A DNA stretch of 63,546 nt, filler included, from Octopus bimaculoides (Eukaryota), in NCBI RefSeq assembly GCF_001194135.2. It is 4 parts of 4 records of this genome, joined end to end, with 100 filler letters (N's around TTAATTAATTAA, not from the genome) between each part and the next. Parts side by side here need not be neighbours in the genome. Positions count along the whole stretch, not along the records: positions 1 to 29,162 come from NC_069004.1; positions 29,263 to 38,751 come from NC_068985.1; 2 more parts are not named here. One strand, 5' to 3'. Positions 22,670 through 34,015 of this stretch are shown one piece after another. The first letter of the stretch is position 1; the number at the start of each line of letters is the position of its first letter. A program made the translations under genes and the position numbers. The notes under the pieces are model-generated. The model was not told where the DNA came from and ran no database searches. It saw only the letters and a list, made by a program, of their open reading frames with translations.

Positions 22670-22826
22670 GGACGCAGGCGTGACTGCGTGGTAAGAAGTT
22701 TGCTTCCCAACCATACGGTTCCTGGTTCTGTCCCAATGCGTGGCATCTTGGGCAATTGCCTTCTAGTATGGCCCCGGCCCGACCAAGGCCTTCTGAGCGG
22801 ATTTGGTAGGAAGATACTGAAAGAAG
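22670..22826 (+). mobile_element. CORE-type tRNA-derived SINE family C, head and core
   Basis: gcaggcgtgactgcgtggtaagaag (A-box-like), ggttctgtccc (B-box-like), then ggcatcttgggcaattgccttc, which resembles the CORE motif (ccttgggcaag). Confidence 0.8.
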
Positions 22827-22827
22827 C

Positions 22828-22945
22828 CCATCGGGCTCGAAACGTCAAAGACTTTCTCTATTCCCGAGCGTTAAACTAATACATCCATTTGTTGTTTACA
22901 CCACCTGTCTTCGTCTGTTGTTGCTTTTTTCGTAAATTCTCCCAT
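22828..22945 (+). mobile_element. Penelope-type terminal-repeat-like segment (reverse copy at 34905-35025)
   Basis: gctcgaaacgtcaaagactttc..tattcccgagcgt...tttacaccacctgtc.tcgtctgttgtt...attctcccata is shared with the reverse complement of 34905-35025. The Penelope assignment is inferred from the TGAAGA..CGAAAC motif. Confidence 0.5.
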
Positions 22946-23149
22946 ATATAATATATATATATATATATANNNNNNNNNNNNNNNNNNNNNNNNNNNNNNN
23001 NNNNNNNNNNNNNNNNNNNNNNNNNNNNNNNNNNNNNNNNNNNNNNNNNNNNNNNNNNNNNNNNNNNNNNNNNNNNNNNNNNNNNNNNNNNNNNNNNNNN
23101 NNNNNNNNNNNNNCTCGTCCTATGAATTCAACAAGGCACTCGAGCGCAC

Positions 23150-23350
23150 GGGGGTCCTAAGCTGAGGAATCATCTGACGCTCCTTATCCTCAAGATCTGG
23201 GAAAGCCAGACCCTCCCGAACGACTTCCGCGGTGCAGCTATCATAACCATCTACAAGAAGGGGGGGGGGAGAAGATTGCAACAACTATCGGGACATCTCA
23301 CTCCTGAGTATTGCAAGCAAGAACTTCACCCGTATCCTATTCAAGTGCCT
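23150..23350 (+). mobile_element. RTE-clade LINE reverse-transcriptase fragment
   Basis: Reads LILKIWESQTLPNDFRGAAIITIYKKG...DCNNYRDISLLSIASKNFTRILFKCL, matching the non-LTR RT motif KKG-D-x-x-x-C-x-NYR-x-ISLL. Confidence 0.85.
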
Positions 23351-25119
23351 CCTCATTGGTGGTGGTGGTCATTGTCTCCTGATTTAGGAAAAGGTGGCGG
23401 AGGATAGCAATCACAGATTCACTGGTGCGAACAATCAAGGTCGGACAAAAAAGCTAGTTTGTATATGTATGCATGTATGTATGTATGTATGCATGTATGT
23501 ATGTATGTATGTATGTATGTGTGGGAGGTGGAGCTGGTGGAGTTTGGGTTTGTGTGTGTGAGTGTGTCATTTTTCTTCTCCCATACTCCCCTCCCTCCTC
23601 CTCTCTGTGTCGAGAGGCGCGAAACAAAAATGTCGGCCAAATTAGTTTTAAATGAAAATAGGAACATTTTGTCAATATAGACATCCGCTTTGAGAAGGGG
23701 CCAGTCAGCAAGAAATAAAGGAGAAAAAAAAAAGATACTTTAAAAGATAAGTGGACGGTGAGGAGTTGTTGAAATGTAAGGAACAGACATTGGGCGATAA
23801 GCACAAAGAGAAGATACACAGAAAGGAAAGACAATTCAAGTTAATTATTACGACGTTCGTAAGGAACGTCTGCTTTCTGCTTTCCATTAAAGAAACCTGT
23901 ACAGACGACTTTTTATGAAAGCTATTATTACTGCAGTTGTTGTACGTTGAAGGGAACGGAAGTTTCTATGAACGCTCCACGAACAAAGTAATTTTATGAC
24001 TGGATTGCGTTATCTGTTTGTTTTTTTATCTTTTACTTGTTTCAATCATTAGACTGCTGCGGCTACGCTGGAGCACCGCCTTGGAGAATTTCAGTGGAGC
24101 TAATCGACCCTAGTACTTAATTTTTTTTTTTTTTTTTNNNNNNNNNNTTTTTTTTTTTGTTAAGCTTAGTACTTATTCTGTTGGTTTCTTTTTTACCGGA
24201 CCGCTAAGTTACGGGGATGTAAACACACCAGTCTCGGTTGCAAGCGGTGGCGAGGGACAAACAAAAAGACATGCACACGTAGATATAAACATATGCAAGC
24301 TCACGCATACACACATACATGTATGCATGTATGCATGTATGTATGTATGTATGTATGTAGGTAGGTAGGTAGGTAGGTAGGTAGGTGGGTAGGTAGGTAG
24401 GTAGGTGGGTAGGTAGGTACGCCATTATTCGGTTTTAGTTCAAGATTTCCTGTCGAATTTCACATTGGTGTCTGTTTCCATACTAACAAACAAGGCTATA
24501 GTCTGCAACCACCACCACCACCACCACCACAAGTTTTAATGAGAATCACTTTATGAAAGACAGCTATCACGCAGAAAATGCCAGCTTCCGATTCCTGAAC
24601 TGATTAAAAATGATCAAACATTATTGAGTTTCAGTTCAAGATTTCCTGTCACGCACACATATAAAAGATTGAACAGACAGAACACAACAAGGAGAAAAAG
24701 TTGGACGAAAGTAGAGCAAACAGGAAACAAGACGAAAACTTAAAACAGACGGGGAATATCGACAAGGACATGATACACGGAATATTCAGCTGCTACATCC
24801 ATGAAGTGCAACGCACACCTGTTTGTTTATGTTTGTGGTTAGTGGCTAGCCCTTAAAAGGTCTGAAACCAAAGACCTATAATGAGGAAAAAGCTGAGTTT
24901 TTACAGGGAGCAGTAGGCTCGAAAAGGGTTCGAAAAAGGTTGTTCACGTGGCGCTATCTAAAGTTTCTGACTGGCTGTCCGCAGTCAGTTGGCTCAAGAG
25001 AGTGGGATATAAATTGTGCCAATACCAACCAATCGGAGTAGTGGACACCACGGGCACAAACAGCGGCCAAAGGCTAGAAGTTACCTGCTACGTTTGAATG
25101 TACGTATATAGAGTCTACA

Positions 25120-25180
<61 letters not shown>

Positions 25181-25182
25181 AA

Positions 25183-25330
25183 CACGGCGGGTTTCTTTCT
25201 GTTTCCATCTCACAAGGTTTTAGTCGGCCCGAGGCTGTAGTAGAAGACACTTGCCCAAGGTATCACGCAGTGGGACTGAACCTGGAACCATGAGGTTGGG
25301 AAGCAAGCTTTTTATCACACGCCTGCGCCT
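25183..25330 (-). mobile_element. CORE-type SINE family C, head and core
   Basis: agaagacacttgcccaaggtatcacgcagtgggactgaacc...ttgggaagcaagct is the reverse of family C; follows a (CA)n(TA)n run. Confidence 0.8.
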
Positions 25331-25405
25331 ACACACTTTCACCTACAAAAACTGATTCCACGACTAATTTAAAGAAATAGTGTTGAAGCACAACAAACGT
25401 CTTAC

Positions 25406-25440
25406 AGAAGACATTGGGTGTCAAGAGGTCTCTCACTCAT
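25406..25440 (-). CDS. Candidate first coding segment of the mucin (MSERPLDTQCL-L)
   Basis: ATG at 25440 with A at -3; donor CT|GTAAGA (phase 2, matching the 20350 acceptor). An upstream acceptor ataatttttgccag| lies at 25466. Supported only by phase consistency and signal-peptide-like continuity. Confidence 0.3.
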
Positions 25441-26736
25441 AATCCTATCAAGCAGTTGACAAATATCTGGCAAAAATTATTCGACAACCTCCTGTCGTTT
25501 AATCATCGCAAAAATAATTTGGAAAACCCCCGTCGCTCAGATAACAACGTACGCAAACAGTTCTACCCGAGTTTCTCCTTATCAACCAAAACATTTCTCA
25601 TCGTGAAACCTCTGTTAACGATTTAAACCATTTCTTTTTTCTGTTCTTTCCTGTCAGCGGCTTCCTAACATGTAACACCCGAATTCAAACATTGCTTATC
25701 TGAAAGTTCTACCGACTAGCCATCAGCAGTTTACACGAATGTACATACTTTTTGTTTGTTCTTTCACAATACAATATTGAAATGTCCGCTGTTTCCATTT
25801 ACTTAAAGCGTCTCGTCAACTTTACTGCTAGAGATGACAAAAAATATTTAGTAGAGTTGACAAAGATAGTTTATGTGTTTATATGAGCAAAGAGAATGAG
25901 AGTGGAAGAAAGAGGGAAGTGAGAGAGAGAGGGGGAAATATGGAGGGCAGGAGAGAGAAGGGGACGGAGGAAGGGGAGAGGGGGAAGGAGGAGGGAGGGA
26001 GAGAATAAGATGCGAATAACAAACATGTTATACAAATGCTAAAGCCCAGATTGATGTTGTTTGCTGGCGACTCGAACTCCTAAAGAATTTGTCCAAGTTG
26101 TCTCAGGAGAGATGAATGCTGTTTGTTGCTGGTTGACGATAGAAAAAGTACGAAAAGCTGTCGCGTCTATTATATTTCTAACTTAAAACGGGAGAACAGA
26201 CAGAAGACTACAGAAGCAGACATATATACAAAGAGACAGAAGAATAAACACACATACAAACAGGCGAGGGGTCATACAGACAGTGAGATGGACAGATAGA
26301 CCGACAGACAGATAGATGGACAGAAAGAAATATAGATAAACAGAAGAATAAATAGACAGACAACAGACAGACTGATAGATAGATAGATAGATAGATAGAT
26401 AGAATGTTGAACGAAATACCCATGTTTCCAAAGATGAATCATCCAAACTTGAAAGAATTCCAACACATGGCTATGATGCTCCCCCACTATTTTTGCTCAT
26501 GATCAGAGGTGCACATATCGTCAGCCACTAAGAGACATGCTCAACTGGTTAAAGTAAAAAATCTGACAAGCAAATCTGTGGTATTAAGCAGAATATTTAC
26601 TGTAGCCCGTCTTTTACACCGAGACAAAACAATGTACATGATAACACTTCTAATCAGTTCAGATCAGAAGCCATGAGAACCACTGTCTGGTACTGCATCA
26701 GGGCATTATTATTATTATTATTGTTGTTGTTGTTGA

Positions 26737-26941
26737 AGCTGGCAGAATCGTTAGCACGCCGGGCGAAATGCTTAGCGGTATTTCGTCTGTAGCTACGTTC
26801 TGAGTTCAAATTCCGCCGGGGTCGACTTTGCCTTTCATCCTTTCGGGGTCGATTAAATGAGTACCAGTTACGCACTGGGGTCGATGTAATCGACTTAATC
26901 CCTTCTCCAAAATATGAGGCCTTGTGCTTCCAGTAGAAAGG

Positions 26942-26985
<44 letters not shown>

Positions 26986-27420
26986 ATTTAAGCAGTGAGC
27001 TAGCAGAATCGTTGGCATGCCGAGTAAAATACTTAATGGTATTTGTGGCAAGCTGGCAGAAACGTTAGCACACCGGGCGAAATGCTTAGCGGTATTTCGT
27101 CTGCCACTGCGTTCTGAGTTCAAATTCCGCCGAGGTCGACTTTGACTTTCATCCTTTCGGGGTCGATAAATTAAGTACCAGTTACGCACTGGGATCGATA
27201 TAATCGACTTAATCCGTTTGTCTGTCCTTGTTTGTCCCCTCTGTGTGTAGCCCCTTGTGGGCAGTAAAGAAATAGGTATTTGTTGCGGCTTTATGTTCTG
27301 AGTTCAAATTCCGCCGAGGTCGATTTTGCCTTTCAAGTATCATCTGAGCACTGGAGTCGATATAATAGACTAGCCACCTAGCCCAAAATTTCAGACTTTA
27401 TGTCTATAGTAGAAAGAATT
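26737..27420 (+). mobile_element. Cluster of three to four head-to-tail SINE family A copies
   Basis: Copies at about 26737-26945 (tail B + (ATT)n), a head fragment at 26990-27045, 27048-27275 (tail A) and 27280-27420 (tail B). Confidence 0.85.
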
Positions 27421-28191
27421 GTTATTGTTGAATTCTTACATTCACTCCCAGAATATTTTAGTTACACGTCTGTAACCTTTTCATATGAGTATTTAACTAA
27501 AAGCGTCTTTTGCAAGAGTTTGTTGTTGCCTGTCGTTTTCGTGTAAGTATCTAGTTGTTGTGGTGAACGTTCTTATGTATGTGCGCGTGTGTATGTATGT
27601 ATGTCAGACTTTGTTTGCTGTGTGTCTTTAATTGGCAAATAAACAGTTAGAAAAATAAATAGATAGATATATAACTTCCTCCAGCTTTTCGGGTTAGATC
27701 AAACAAGCACAGAAAATTTTTTTATGCAGAATGTATACGTACGTATGTATGTATGTATGTATGTATGTATGTGCCCTTGAAATGACTTCAAACTGAAGCC
27801 GGTAGTGGGTGTCCTTGTTTCGGGAGTTCCAGGATTTTGAGGGGAGTGGAATCACCTCTTAGTCACTATTGATTCCAGGTCTACTCTGGCCCGGAGTAGT
27901 AGCTCCTGTCAGGGTTCCAGCTATGGATTAATTAGCATATTAGAGCTTGCCTACCAATGCATGGGAAGACTAAATCCGACGGACTCTGCGCGAGACACTT
28001 CCATGGTTTAATGGAGAAAAAGGCGGCGGCAGCAATGCATTGTAGAGTGCAGAGAGCAAGAAGTAAGACATCTTGGTCATCCACTGCATCCGTCTTCATC
28101 CCGCAGTCATCTTGACCTGGTTAGCCACTGAGTTGAAGATGGTGACTGACGAACGAGTGAGGTTGACAATATGCAACTCTTCACTTTAAAC

Positions 28192-28476
28192 TAGTGGTTC
28201 CAAACCGTGTTCTACATGGCCCGTGAGGGTCCGTATAAGATTTTTGACGGTCCACAACAACAAAATAGTGAATTGGGAATCCACACTTTAAGGACCCCTG
28301 AAAAAATACTGCTTTTGATGTATGTATTGCAAGAAACAGCAAGTGAAAAACAAAATAGGAATTTCGAAAGAAGTTTGTATAAAACTAGTTTTTAAACATC
28401 GAATGGCTATGAGGGTCCACTAGAATAAAATAGTAATCAAAGGGGTTCATAGGTAAACAATGGCTGAGAACCCCTA
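28192..28476. mobile_element. hAT-type MITE, 285 bp
   Basis: 8-bp TSD ctttaaac at 28184-28191 and 28477-28484; imperfect TIRs tagtggttccaaacc / ggctgagaaccccta. Confidence 0.85.
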
Positions 28477-29162
28477 CTTTAAACAAAGGGGGTGGCTATA
28501 TAGCCTTCGTCGCTCCGACAGATGAACAAGTATGTATGCCTGTTTATATGTATGTATTTATATATGCATATATGTATGTATATATGCATGTATGTATGTA
28601 TATATGCAAATATGTATGTATGTTTATATGCATGTATGTATATATGCAAATATGTATGCATATATGCATGTATGTATATATGCAAATATGTATGTATGTT
28701 TATATGTATGTATATATGCATATATGTATGCATATATGCATGTATGTATTTATGCATGTATGAGCGTACGTGCATATGCATGAATATATTTACGGATGCG
28801 TATGGCTATGTGTGTGCATGACTGAATGTGTATGATGAGTATAAGTGTGTATATTTATATGTATGTTCGAAGGTGGCGAGCTGGCAGAATCGTTAGCACG
28901 GCGGACAAAATGCTTAGTGACATTTCGTCCGCCATTAATCTACTTACCACACAGCCACTTTTCTGCACCTATATGTGTATGTGCGTGTATATACTTGCAG
29001 ATGTATATAAGTGTCTACAGGCGTATGTATACATGTACGTATGTTTGCGGGGGAAGTGCATATTTCTACCGGAAAATCCTGTTATTTCTTTAGAATTAAA
29101 CATTATTATTTGCTTGTTTTGTTCTGCAGTTAAAAACTTTTACACACACACACACACACACA

Positions 29163-29262
29163 NNNNNNNNNNNNNNNNNNNNNNNNNNNNNNNNNNNNNN
29201 NNNNNNTTAATTAATTAANNNNNNNNNNNNNNNNNNNNNNNNNNNNNNNNNNNNNNNNNNNN
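29163..29262. other. Artificial scaffold-join spacer N44-TTAATTAATTAA-N44 (also 38752-38851 and 60658-60757)
   Basis: Three identical 100-bp constructs. TTAATTAATTAA has stop codons in all six frames. Confidence 0.9.
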
Positions 29263-29270
29263 CTTCAGAA

Positions 29271-29555
29271 CAGGGGTTTTCAAACTGTGGTCCGCGGACC
29301 ACAGGGGGTCCGCAAGGACAAGACAGGGGGTCCGTGAACAGCAAATACTCTTTATGGGCAATTTGATTTTATATATGGTTTTTAATCGAAATCTTTTAAT
29401 TGACAATAAACCTCTTTGTTAAATATTGTTAAATAAATAAATGTAAAATATATGTTATTTTAAGCAAATATTTATGTATAAATTTCATAAGCGTTTATAA
29501 GGGTAAAGCCTGAAATATAAAGGGGTCCGCAAGTCAAAAAGTTTGAAAACCCCTG
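29271..29555. mobile_element. hAT-type MITE, 285 bp
   Basis: 8-bp TSD cttcagaa at 29263-29270 and 29556-29563; perfect 16-bp TIR caggggttttcaaact. Confidence 0.9.
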
Positions 29556-29679
29556 CTTCAGAATATACAATGTTTCCGTTTTAATGACTGTAGCATAATT
29601 AGAGATTATAGAGTTTCTGATTTTTGGATACGCTACATAACATTGACCATCAGCAACAACTATTCTTTTATTGTTCTAA

Positions 29680-30075
29680 TTTCAGTCATTTTGACTGCGG
29701 CCACGCTGGAGCACTGCCTTCAGGGGTTTTTAGTCGAAGCAATCAACACTACGATTTTGTAAGCCTCGTACTTATTCTATCGGTCTCTTTTGCCGAACCA
29801 CTAGGTAACGGGGACGTAAACACACCAGCATTGGTTGTCAGGTGATGGTGATGGAGCGACAAACACAGACACGAAGACACACACACACACATAAATATAT
29901 ATACATACATATACATATATACGACGTGCTTCTCTCAGTTTCTGTCTACCAAATCTATTCACATGGCTTTGGTCAGCCCGAGGCAATAGTAGAAGACACT
30001 TGCCCATGGTCTCACTCAGTGGGACTGAACCCGGAACCATGTGGTTGGGAAATGAGCTTCTTACCGCAGAGCCTA
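29680..30075 (-). mobile_element. CORE-type SINE family C, full length with internal microsatellite
   Basis: On the minus strand: head and core (30075-29925), a (TA/TG)n spacer (~29880-29922), then the 3' module ending gactgaaattagaacaataaaag. Confidence 0.75.
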
Positions 30076-30189
30076 TCAATAAAACTGAGATTTATTGATT
30101 GTCATGGAAAAGTAGGGATTTCTGGAAACTAAAGATATCTAAACGAAAGTATCATCTTTTGGTTTGAATGGCATTTGGGTATAATTAGT

Positions 30190-30750
30190 TTCAAGTTTTA
30201 GCACAAGGCCAGTAATTTCCTGGGTTGGAGTAATAAGTCAACTATATTGACCCTGAAGTATTTGTATGCTGTCAACTTAATGTGACAGTCCCCTGAAGGG
30301 AATAATACTACTGTTGGTTAGACCTAGGAAGCTGCACCGCTTCCTGTCGGCCTTGACACATTTCCTGTGTCCTTACGTTTACAAGGGGGAGACAAGCACC
30401 TCCACCCTTGAAAACATAAGGACACAGGAAATATGTCAAGGCCGACAGGAAGCGATGCAGCTTCCTAGGTCTAACCAACAGTAGTATTATTCCCTTCAGG
30501 GGACTGTCACATTAAGTTGACAGCATTCAACTACTTCATCGTATCACTACTGCATAAATCTCTCTGAGAGATTTAGAAATGTGATATTTCTAAATTGCCC
30601 CTGTGTTCAACTGGTACTTAATTTTTCGACCCCCGAAAGGATGAAAAGCAAAGTCAACTTCGGCACAATTTGAACTCAGAACATAAAGATGGACGAAATG
30701 CCGCTAAGCAATTAACCCTGAGCAATAACAATAGTGCCAATTCACCACCG
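30190..30750 (-). mobile_element. SINE family A split by a ~340-bp insertion
   Basis: The tail and gcacaaggcc..taagtcaactatattgaccc end at 30253. The element resumes cccctgtgttcaactggtactt at ~30598. Confidence 0.7.
30254..30538. repeat. 285-bp near-perfect palindrome (foldback element)
   Basis: The ~134-bp arm tgaagtatttgtatgctgtcaac...tacaaggg pairs with cccttgaaaac...gttgacagcattcaactacttca, with only a handful of mismatches and a ~17-nt loop. Confidence 0.92.
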
Positions 30751-31343
30751 GATATAATTGCATCTTCTCTTTTGATGAGATTAATAGCTTCGGTGATATG
30801 GGGTGTACGCTTCGTAACCACTTGTTTTGTGCCATTGCAGATCCACAGCTGGACAAAATTATGCATCAGCATCACTGGAAAGAGGATCTTCGTTTTAGAT
30901 AAAGTCTGTGTAGCGGTAGATCTGAAGAATTTTTAAAACTCCAGAGAATTATTAAATATTTCTTATTGAGCCATGGCATTCGGTTCAGTTCAACTGTGCA
31001 GCACCTTGTAATTAAACTTAGTAGACAGAAACTGTATGGAAGAAAGCATGTCGTACATATGTGTGTGTATGCGCGCGCACGTGTATGTGTGCGTATGTAT
31101 GTAGACAGACAGACAGATATGTATGTCTTTATGTTTATGTTTGTCCCCACAGAAGCTTGATAACCAGTGTTGGTTTGTTAACATCTCCGTAACTTACCGG
31201 TTCAGCAAAAAAAAAATAGCCAGTACAATAAGTATCAGTTATTGAAACAAAATAAGTACTGGTGTCCATTTGTTCAACTAAACCCTTAAACGCGGTGTCC
31301 CAACAAGGCTGCAGTCCAATGGGTGAAACATGTAGAGGGTAGA

Positions 31344-31990
31344 AGGCGGTGAGCTGGCAGAAACGTTAGCACACCGGGCGAAATGCTTAGCGGTATTTCG
31401 TCTGCCGTTACGTTCTGAGTTCAAATTCCACCGAGGTCGACTTTGACTTTCATCCTTTTGGGGTCGATAAATTAAGTACCAGTTACACACTGGGGTCGAT
31501 GTAATCGATTTAATCCCTTTGTCTGTCCTTTGTTTGTTCCCTCTTTTTTTGGCCCCTTGTGGGCAATAAAGAAATAAGAAACATGTAGAAGGTAAAAGAT
31601 TAAAAGTGTGGTAATAATCAGTGTTATTACTACTAACAATTCCATCGGGGTCGACTTTGCCTTTCATCCTTTCGGAGTCGATTAAATAAGTACCAGTTAC
31701 GCACTGGGGTCGATGTAATCGATTTAATCCCTTTGTCTGTCCTTTGTTTGTTCCCTCTATGTTTGGCCCCTTGTGGGCAATAAAGAAATAAGAAACATGT
31801 AGAAGGTAAAAAATTAAAAGTGTGGTAATAATCAGTGTTATTACTACTAACAATTCCATCGGGGTCGACTTTGCCTTTCATCCTTTCGAAGTCGATTAAA
31901 TAAGTACCAGTTATGCTCTGGGGTCGATGTAATCGACTTAATCCCTTCCCCTAAATTTGAGGCCTTATGCTTCCAATAGAAAGGATTATT
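31344..31990 (+). repeat. SINE-A copy followed by a 214-bp tandem triplication
   Basis: The g[a/g]ggtcgactttg core starts at 31433, 31647 and 31861 (period 214). The unique spacer aacatgtagaaggtaaaa...ctaacaattccatc is duplicated. Confidence 0.85.
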
Positions 31991-33315
31991 ACTACTAACA
32001 GTTATTTCTATCATCTCACCAACCCGTCGAAAACGTGGCTTTGGAATGGTATTTAAACGTGGCTGATCGCCAAGGTTCACGACTAAAACAACAGATACCA
32101 CAGCCTCGTTCTTAGAAGAGTAAAGCCTATTTACGGCCACTCGTTTCTAGTCTTCAACAATCTCTCCAGTTCGACAATCAGAATTACTACAAAAAGATAA
32201 AATAATCTCCATCGATTTGTATCCATGACTATTTCTTGGCAGTACCTGGAATAGCTGCCAGTTGATGTTATTACTCCAACTTCTTTTTTTTTACATCCAC
32301 TTTTGTCTTAGTGGAGCTGCAGATTGAGGAACATGGTCGATATCAATTTTCTTTTTTAATTAAAACGGGTCTGACATTATAGAAATTGGGTCCATTGTAC
32401 CGTTACTGTCAGAAGAATCTTCGTTTGCCATTTTATAACCATTTGGAAGTTGGTGAGAGGAGGTCAAATACCAAACAGCTAGTCTGCAAAAAGACTAACA
32501 ATCATGTTTGTGGGCAGTTCGAGGAGAGATTTTGCTGCTATTTCTACTAAGTCGAGCGAACACAGAGATTTTCTCATTGACTAGGGGTGTAGAAATTTTA
32601 TAAGCCTAGCAACTTAGGACATTAAAAGATAGGTTCAAGGTAACACTTTAAAAGCGTATCGGATACTGATTGGTCAGTATTGACAATGATATGTATGAAA
32701 AGACAGTAAAGACTGAGCATTGTGTTCAGTGATGTTAGATATAAAGTAGTGAGTATTGATTCTGCATCACGTTGAAGGCACCGATTCCCATCCGATCAAT
32801 AAAGTTAAGCGACATGGAGCATAATTAATATTTATATAAGTAACCACTTCGAAAATCTAGGTGCAACTCTATATTTGGCCATATAAGAAATTGAACACAA
32901 CACTGCAAGCTGAAGAAGCATTCCTGAAGTTTACATTGTTCCTGAAAAAAGCGGGGTGGTTGCGTATTTAATTACAAATCGCTTTAATCGGAAGTTAAAC
33001 AACAGAGTTAAACAGCAACAACCGATTTACAGCTCGATGAGAGCTGGGTTCTAACACAACGCACTTCCAAAGGCTAAAGATATATTACCAACCCCTTACC
33101 TGGTCTCCCGATTTCTTATCGACTCATCTATCTACATTTCACTGAAATCTTATACCAGGAATGGGGAAAGCTCTGCTACGCAAGCTTTTAGTTTTTTCTT
33201 ATGACATTGTTAAAAGATTTAGACTATAAAGGACTGAACATTTCATAAAGAAAATTCGAATTATATAGACTGGAGATAGGTTTATCCATATTTCCTTTGC
33301 CTAAGCAACAAAAAG

Positions 33316-33460
33316 CCTATGTGCGGTCGCTCAATCTGCTAGAAATGACAGCCGAATCTCCTTCAAATCATATGATCCCTAAGAACTTTTTTTAAAAAGC
33401 GGGCAACATTAGCTAACAAGGATGGTCACAGTTAGAATGCCTTTGACCACATTTCTACTT
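33316..33460 (+). repeat. Dispersed repeat family F (diverged copies ~32515-32640 reverse, ~37445-37570, ~38935-39080)
   Basis: Shared cctatgtgc..cgctc.a..tgctagaaat..cagcc.aatctcc.tcaaatca.a skeleton; old, degenerate copies. Confidence 0.5.
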
Positions 33461-33808
33461 GGTCAAGGCTGGTCAAGGCTGGTCAAGAGCACTCCTACAA
33501 CTACTACTATGACTACTACCATCTGTCTTTCGTCACGGTGTGACACATAAGATCAGTTTCTTAATTATACAAATAGAGAATAAGACAGACTTACACATTT
33601 GGAAAATGTCCAATAATCAAGCAACTAAGAAAAGAGCTTCAAAAGCTATTAAGAGCACGGCGATAGGACATGTCACTACACAGCATTGTCGATGTTTCAG
33701 CGTGACAGTTTTATAGTAGTACTGTCAATAAACCTTAGAAAACTTTGACTGCTAAAAATTTCTCATAAGTCACACGCGTGCGCACGCGTATACATATATA
33801 TGTATACA

Positions 33809-33849
<41 letters not shown>

Positions 33850-33872
33850 TATGTATGTCTATATACACACGA

Positions 33873-34015
33873 GTGGAGGCGCAATGGCCCAGTGGTTAGG
33901 GCAGCGGACGCGCGGTCATAGGATCGCGGTTTCGATTCCCAGACCGGGCGTTGTGAGTGTTTATTGAGCGAAAACGCCTAAAGCTCCACAAGGCTCCTGC
34001 AGGGGATGCTGATGA
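33873..34015 (+). mobile_element. tRNA-derived SINE family B, 5' part (runs into a gap)
   Basis: A-box tggcccagtgg and B-box ggtttcgattcc; near-identical to the reverse of 35770-35906. Confidence 0.85.

Noticed and set aside
24819-25040. Two CCAAT boxes, a TATA-like element and an E-box suggesting a promoter
   Set aside because: Short motifs occur by chance in AT-rich DNA, and the position would be intronic under the preferred gene model.
28192-30538. The palindrome (30254-30538) is also exactly 285 bp, like the two hAT MITEs
   Set aside because: There is no sequence or terminal similarity, and the true insertion including the mini-hairpins is ~340 bp. Treated as coincidence.
30760-30925. 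Minus frame KILFPVMLMHNFVQLWICNGTKQVVTKR..KR resembling a signal peptide with dibasic sites
   Set aside because: No good donor, the frame runs into a SINE, and it lies beyond an artificial scaffold join.
32131-32226. Minus mini-ORF MDTNRWRLFYLFVVILIVELERLLKTRNEWP* resembling a signal peptide
   Set aside because: The hydrophobic part is a T-rich tract, only weak phase-2 donors are present, and it is on a different scaffold piece from the gene.
33873-33950. tRNA-like sequences with A and B boxes (also 6340-6400, 22670-22740, 35830-35906)
   Set aside because: They continue into SINE bodies and lack a complete cloverleaf, so they are not tRNA genes.
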